DNA of 64,000 nt. It comes from Guillardia theta CCMP2712. Taxonomy: Eukaryota > Protista > Cryptophyta. Shown piece after piece: positions 58,280 through 64,000 of the stretch. The DNA lies in assembly GCF_000315625.1 (NCBI RefSeq), contig NW_005434622.1:216430-280429 (forward strand), written 5' to 3'. Each line of letters begins with the position of its first letter. The first letter of the stretch is position 1. The notes beneath the pieces are model-generated. The model saw only the letters and a list, made by a program, of their open reading frames with translations. It did not search any database and had not been told where the DNA came from. A program made the translations under genes and the position numbers.

Positions 58280-59540
58280 TAGGACAGGCTGTGTTCTTGT
58301 ACAACTTCGATGTCTATGTCAAGAGTTTTGTTTGGTAAGCATGAAATCAGTTGAAGTTCCCGCGCCAGCTCTTTCAAACGGGGTTCGTTAAGCTTTGAGA
58401 TCTTTTGATCATTCCTGCATTTATTCACCACACCAAGTCTCTCATGGTGACCCGAACATCCGGCGTTCTAACTCAGGCTTACGACCTGTACTGCCTACTG
58501 ACAGGTAGACTTTTTTAGTTCGCTCCACCTCCGCTTCCTCCTTCCGAGCACACATCCAGACCTGAGTCCTGCGAGAAATTTCAGTCAAAAAAGATGCTAT
58601 TTACTTGTAATCAGTCTTACCGAGCACACTGTGTTGCATCCGCATTCTCCGCTATTCTTCTGGCTCTGAGTGCAGATCTTGTATGGCTCACTGCCCAGTA
58701 AACATCAGCAAGTCCGAAATATCCTGAACTTGACGACACTTACGGGTCAATCACGATACCCTCAGCATTGCACGTCGATAGAGCTGTGAACTGCCTCAAG
58801 AGGGAAAACCTGATCGATGGTGACAGAGTCAAAATCGTTAAAGATGATCAAGAAAGAAAGTGTAATGTTTAGCAGAGCAAGCTGTAGTCAGTTGTACAGC
58901 AACATCAAATTCTATCCATAAAGACACTGAAATGAGGATGACAGAAGATTGGGCAACATAAAAAAGCAGTCATGACAGGACACTAAAAGGCATTGCAGTA
59001 TGTCGACACGTCGTTCAGTATCAAAGAAATCGTTGAAGTTCTCTTCTTTCTTCATCTCCTGCACCCTTCTCTCTGCACGGACAGCAATTCCTCAATCATC
59101 AGCGATCTCGTTTGCACCTGCCTGCATACACAACCTGCTCCTACGGTGTCTGCCTGCTCTACTGTCTCACAGGCTTCTCCAAACTCTCAGCAATTTCCAT
59201 TTCACAATGTCTTTTCACAATGTCCTTTCTGCTTAAACTTTTCTGCTAACACAATCTGGACCAAGGAAGTTGTCTACATACACCAGGTGACTCTGACCAT
59301 TGGATGCTTCTTCATCTTGACCGTGCATCTGCATACTCTGATTGCTCACTCTAAACTGCCTCCCTTCCACTCCACCAGCCTCTCGCTGCAACTTAATCTT
59401 CAAGTCGTCAAGTTCTGTACGCACTTTCAAACGTCCGTGATTGACAACATGCCTACAAGTGCTCACAAGCTTCTTGCTCTGCCCTCTCATGCATCGTCAT
59501 CTTCATCTTCTCCACTGTGGGCGAGGGGCGAGGCTTACAT
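58280..59540 (-). CDS. Possible multi-exon hypothetical protein
   Basis: Exon-like pieces VRTELDDLKIKLQRE, RRVQEMKKEENFNDFFD and KISKLNEPRLKELARELQL with splice-like flanks. No coherent model could be assembled. Confidence 0.3.
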
Positions 59541-60112
59541 TGCGTTTGACGTTCTATTTTGGGACTCTGATGCCGTGACCCCTACCTACGAATCAACCTA
59601 ACAGGACCCCCTCTTTTCACCGGATGACTACTTGAGTCCGACTGTCACTTGAGTAAAACTTTCGATGAGTAAAACTTTCTCAGTGAGGCTGGCACGGCGG
59701 CCGGGCCCGCCCAAGAAGGAGCAGGTGAGTCATAGTGTAACGGTATTTGTAACCGCTTATCCGGTCACCGGTCCGTCTGCCTCAATCTGGTCCTAGGTTG
59801 GTCATAGCTCGGAGTCTACCTCGGTAGGACCACCTACAGCCCCCTAGCGGCGAACGTTCCTAGGATGGTGATAGAAAATTGTAGATGAGCTAGGACCTTT
59901 CTATGACCTAAATGGTGTCGAGGAAGGTGGTTTCCAAGGGGGGTGGATTTTGACAGAAGGGGTAGTTTATAAGGGGAAAGGTGGGTAAGTACCGGGTAGA
60001 AAAGCGAGGAAATGGGTAGTGGACTTAGAAGGGGGTGGTCTGTACAATGAAAACAGCGCGGTCCTGAACAGAGGAGTGGTAGCGGAGGAGGAGGAGGAGG
60101 AGGAGGAGGAGA

Positions 60113-63100
60113 ATGAGGAAGATTGGGGGCAGTGACAGGGTCAGCAGAGACAGCTGGGGCAAGAAGGATAACTGATTGACAGGAAAGAATGTCGCAGTAG
60201 TGCCTGATGATAGGTTGTAGTGGGTTGTTCAAGATCGGAAAGGGTGTTGTGAGATATCATAGTCCGAGATCATCATATACAAGGAGAATGTGAAGGAGTT
60301 GAAGCAGAAGGTGCTCAGTGGTATGTTTGCTATTGGATCGTTGACAAGGGTATTGTCTGGCCTTGACCAGTTCGTGATCTGCCCCAAAAATATGGTTTTG
60401 AATTGAGACACAGTCATCATTTGAAAATGCTTTATTCGGACAGCACTAGTGATCGCTTGTATCGCGTGCTCTGACTTTCAGCACCGTGTCCTCCTTCTGC
60501 CGCGTGTGACTGTCGTTACAGGGTATCGCGCTAGGAGGCCGAGGGGGGGAGGAATGCCAGGAAACGCCTCTGTGTATCTGAGGGGAGGGTCGCAGAGCTC
60601 TCGTATTGACATCACACATGCTCTCTCTTGAAATCGGATAGCGTTCCCATCACCTCAGATAGCGCGCTCCTCTCCTAGTCCTCCTCGTCATGCCTGAAGA
60701 TAAATTCATCAACGACTCTTCTAGTAAGAGGGACCTCTTGAAGAAGTCGCCCTCTCTTTCTCTACCGTTCTTGGACAAGCAGCTGATGGGTCAGTTGAGG
60801 GCATGGTGCATGCTCTGTTGTATTGATTCTTGTTGGCCTGCAGAAGAATGCGAGAAAGGGAAACTGGATGACAAGACCAAGAAAAAGATCCGAGATGGGT
60901 AAGATCTCGTTTAAATGCTTGCAAGTTGAGGTATTGACTTGAATCGAACAAAGATGCGTCTTGCTGCGAGATGCTTATGAAGGCCGAGCTTCTCACGGTC
61001 TTTACTCGCTCCTAAAGGGCCCTGCTTACAAGCGAGCGCTCTTCATTATTCACACTCATCCCATGTGGATGAATGTTGTGATCTGGGCAAGCATCATTCA
61101 TGCAAGCTTGATCATCTGGGAACCGCCAAACAGATTGAGCTCATGGCTTGATCCAACCTTGGACCCAATCCCCATCATTATCCTTGAAGTTCTGTGCATG
61201 GGAGTGTTCGTGGCAGATATAGTTTTCAAGATGCTCTACTTCGGAGATGAAAAGGTGTCGGGATGGCAGGATTACATCTCCAAGGAATGGCAGAGGAACT
61301 ACATGACGATCATCTTCTTGTTTCATGTCGACTTTGTTCTCTATCACACAAAACTTTGCCCTTTCCGGTTTGCTAGACCTTTCAGGCTGACGGTGCTAGC
61401 GGCCAGACATCGGGACGTCAGGAGGCTGATTTCGTTCTTTCCAACGATGTGCGTCAAGCTTGTGACTGTGTTCTTCCTCCCCCTGCTGGGCGTTCTCGCA
61501 TTCTTCAGCATTCTTTGCGTGCGGATCTATGGCAGGCTGCCAGCTGAGCACTCGCTGGATCTTGGGGAGGACTCTTTCAGCTCTGTCATGCCCGCAATCC
61601 GCACGCTGTTCCTCCTCTCCACCATCGACAACTTTGACCCGGTGGTGACGGAGGCGTACAAGCAGCACCCTGTCTCCTTCTTCTTCTTCCTTGCCTTCAT
61701 CGTGTTCGCAAGCTTCTTCCTCATGTCCGTGGCCCTTGGGGTCATGTTTGATCTCTACCTGGAAGACCACGAGAAGACGGTCAAGGCGGAGGCAAAGAAG
61801 GAGGAGAAGTCGATGGCCAAGGCTTTCCAAAAACTGGACGTGGAGGAGCAGGGCAAGATCAAGTGGCTTCACTTCCGAGAGATGTTGGTGCATCTCCGAC
61901 CTAAAGATCGCAACGTCAAGCACGACATAGCCATCTTCAAGGAGCTGACAAGGGACATGATCCTCAGAGGAGAGGTGCTGGTCTCGCTTCTTGCCTACTC
62001 CCCTCCTGACGTTGATGGTCAGGAGCCCCACATCAACTCTACAAACTTCAGGGACATCAAGGGATTCCTGCCGGTCTCCTTCGTCTCGATGAAGAACAGC
62101 CCACGTGAAGTTTTGTTTACTGCTTTTGCTCCTCCCTCAATCTTACTTGTCCTTCTTGACTTTCCTGTCCTGAGCTCTGCCCTCCCACCCGCTGTTATCT
62201 CCAGGCCCTATGCTTTCCACCTTTCCCGTCCTGCGTGCTGCATAGCAGGCTGAGGTTGTGACGTGACAAGTACGAAACAGCAAAGCCTGCATCGAGCCTG
62301 CAGAAGTTCACCGAGTTTTGGGAGTACATAATCATCAGCGTCGACTCAATTCTTATTTTGAGCGGTGCGACTTGCCGACCTGCGGCCCAAGACCATCCGC
62401 TGACCTTGTTGACGACCAGGAATGGACAGCATGAAGGTCAACGGCATAAAGTTGGGAACGATCTTCTTGTCCTTCTTCATCTGGCACCTCATTGTCCTCG
62501 TCATTTTCGTAATTCCTTATCCTTCCACCATGCTGGACTGGCACTTATGCTCGTCCCAGGACTTCTCCTTTGCGAGGAAGTACTGGAATGTAGACTGGAG
62601 AAGAGGAGATAGCATCATCCTTCTCATCTCTGTCGTAAGTTTCTCAGTTTCCCTTTCCCTCACACTGTCTGTGCACCTCTTGTAAGCTTCTGCTATAGGT
62701 CTGCCATGCGTGGGTCAACTTCAAATGCCAGGTCTGAGACTTGTCAAGTCATTGTTGATATCAGGCTGAATATTTGCAATTGTGAACGATGAGACAATGA
62801 ATAGTGGAAGTGATCTGCAACCGTGCTCTTGTATTTGTCGTTGCTGCTGCTGGCCATGATTGCTGTGTGACTGACATCATCGCTATGTTGACACGACTGA
62901 CTACAAGCTCTTCAGAGTTGCCGTCCATCATTCAAGTGCCTTCTCGAAGCCGTGGCTGTGATCAGAATCTTCCGTCCTGTGCTTCACAATAGAGAAAGCC
63001 GACAGTACATGTGAGGGGGCCTTCAAAGTCCTTCTACCTTCACGTTCACCCCTCCGCCTCCTCCTTCATCATCTCTCTTCCTCCTTGTTCGTCCTGCTCA

Positions 63101-64000
63101 TTCACCTCCTTCCTCCCCTCCATGTCTCCATGTGATTTTGCCTCTACTTTGCTCTGCTCCCATCCTCCCTGTTTCTCCTGCACGCCTTTGACCTCGTCGT
63201 GTCTTCAGGCTGGCTGTGCTCGGAGTGGGTCCGGTGCTCCTGCACTTTGGGCTGTTGGTGGCAACATTCAACTACATGTTCTCTGTGAGCTACAGGAGGG
63301 ACAGAAGGAGAGGAGGCAGGAGGGAAGAGAGGAAGACGGAGGGAAAGATTTTGTGGAGATTGGGAGTGAAGAGGGGGGAACAGAAGATTGGAGGCAGAGC
63401 AGAGAGAGTATCAGTGCATGACGAGTATCAGTGCATGACGAGCGTTCTTGCTGGAAGGTCATCGCAATGGAGATGTTTGCCTTGGACCCCGTCACGACGA
63501 CTGGACCTGAGGGGACTCGCCTCCTCCTCGCCTGCGACAAGGTCGGTGTTGTGCGCCATGGCTGCGGTTGAGCTGACGGAGCGGGGGATGCAGGAGCTGC
63601 CCAACTTCAACTGCTTCTCCACCGGCTCGCTCTCCATCTTCATGGTGTTCATTGAAGCTGGATTCGGTGTCGTTGCCGTGACTTCGCTTGCCCGCCGCCC
63701 CCTGACCTGCCCCGTTACGACAGGCAAGGTCATGCATGCGAGACAAGCTGAAAAGTCTCTTCCCCCGCTCAACTCCTTGCAAACGGCTGGGATCAACCTC
63801 TACTTTATCATGGTCTATGCGGTAGTTATCATCGCCTCCTCCCCTCGTCCTCTTTCTGTTCTTGGTCCTTCCTTGCCCTCTCCTCCTCCTCCTCCTCCTC
63901 CTCCTCCTCCGCCTCCTCCTCCTCATCCTCCTCATCCTCCTCATCCTCCTCATCCTCCTCCTCCTCCTCCTCCTCCTCATCATCATCATCATCATCATCC
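60113..64000 (+). CDS. Two-pore channel (TPC/TPC-related), 2x6TM, incomplete at the window end
   Basis: Domain I: LIIWEPP, S4 RFARPFRL..ARHRDVRR, pore SFSSVMPAIRTLFLLSTIDNFDPVVTEAY, S6 FFLMSVALGVMFDLY. EF-hand-like linker KAFQKLDVEEQGKIKWLHFREML. Domain II: S4 AVIRIFRPVLHNRE, S5 IAMEMF, pore NFNCFSTGSLSIFMVFIEAGF. The start is approximate. Confidence 0.85.

Overview
Compact, intron-dense eukaryotic nuclear DNA. It has mostly 40-60 nt GT-AG introns with CTGAC-like branch points, some GC-AG introns, microsatellite-expanded introns and one 100-N gap. The style and gene families suggest a cryptophyte alga (Guillardia/Hanusia-like); this is inference. Content, left to right: tRNA-Lys(CTT); a myristoylation-motif RNF126/115-like RING-H2 ligase; an intronless 6-TM protein with an extracellular discoidin-like loop and a cytoplasmic RelA/SpoT-type nucleotidyltransferase domain; an orphan 'CGHGTC' protein; kynurenine 3-monooxygenase; a Gln-rich micro-exon/TPR protein; a membrane alpha/beta-hydrolase; a Hop1/ASY1-like HORMA gene missed by the ORF track, head-to-head with an NLR-like DUF4062-STAND-WD40 gene; a secreted cadherin-like/LysM protein; Sec16 with a WW domain; a coiled-coil protein; a second CGHGTC paralog; two hypothetical genes; and a two-pore channel running off the right end. 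The best candidate for a new system is the receptor-like transmembrane RelA/SpoT synthetase (4706-6667). Also notable: the CGHGTC paralog pair, each downstream of an identical 38-bp element, and a recurring promoter-side architecture (GC-rich TGAGTC blocks plus AGTACCCC-rich tracts). Exon boundaries were read by eye and are approximate.
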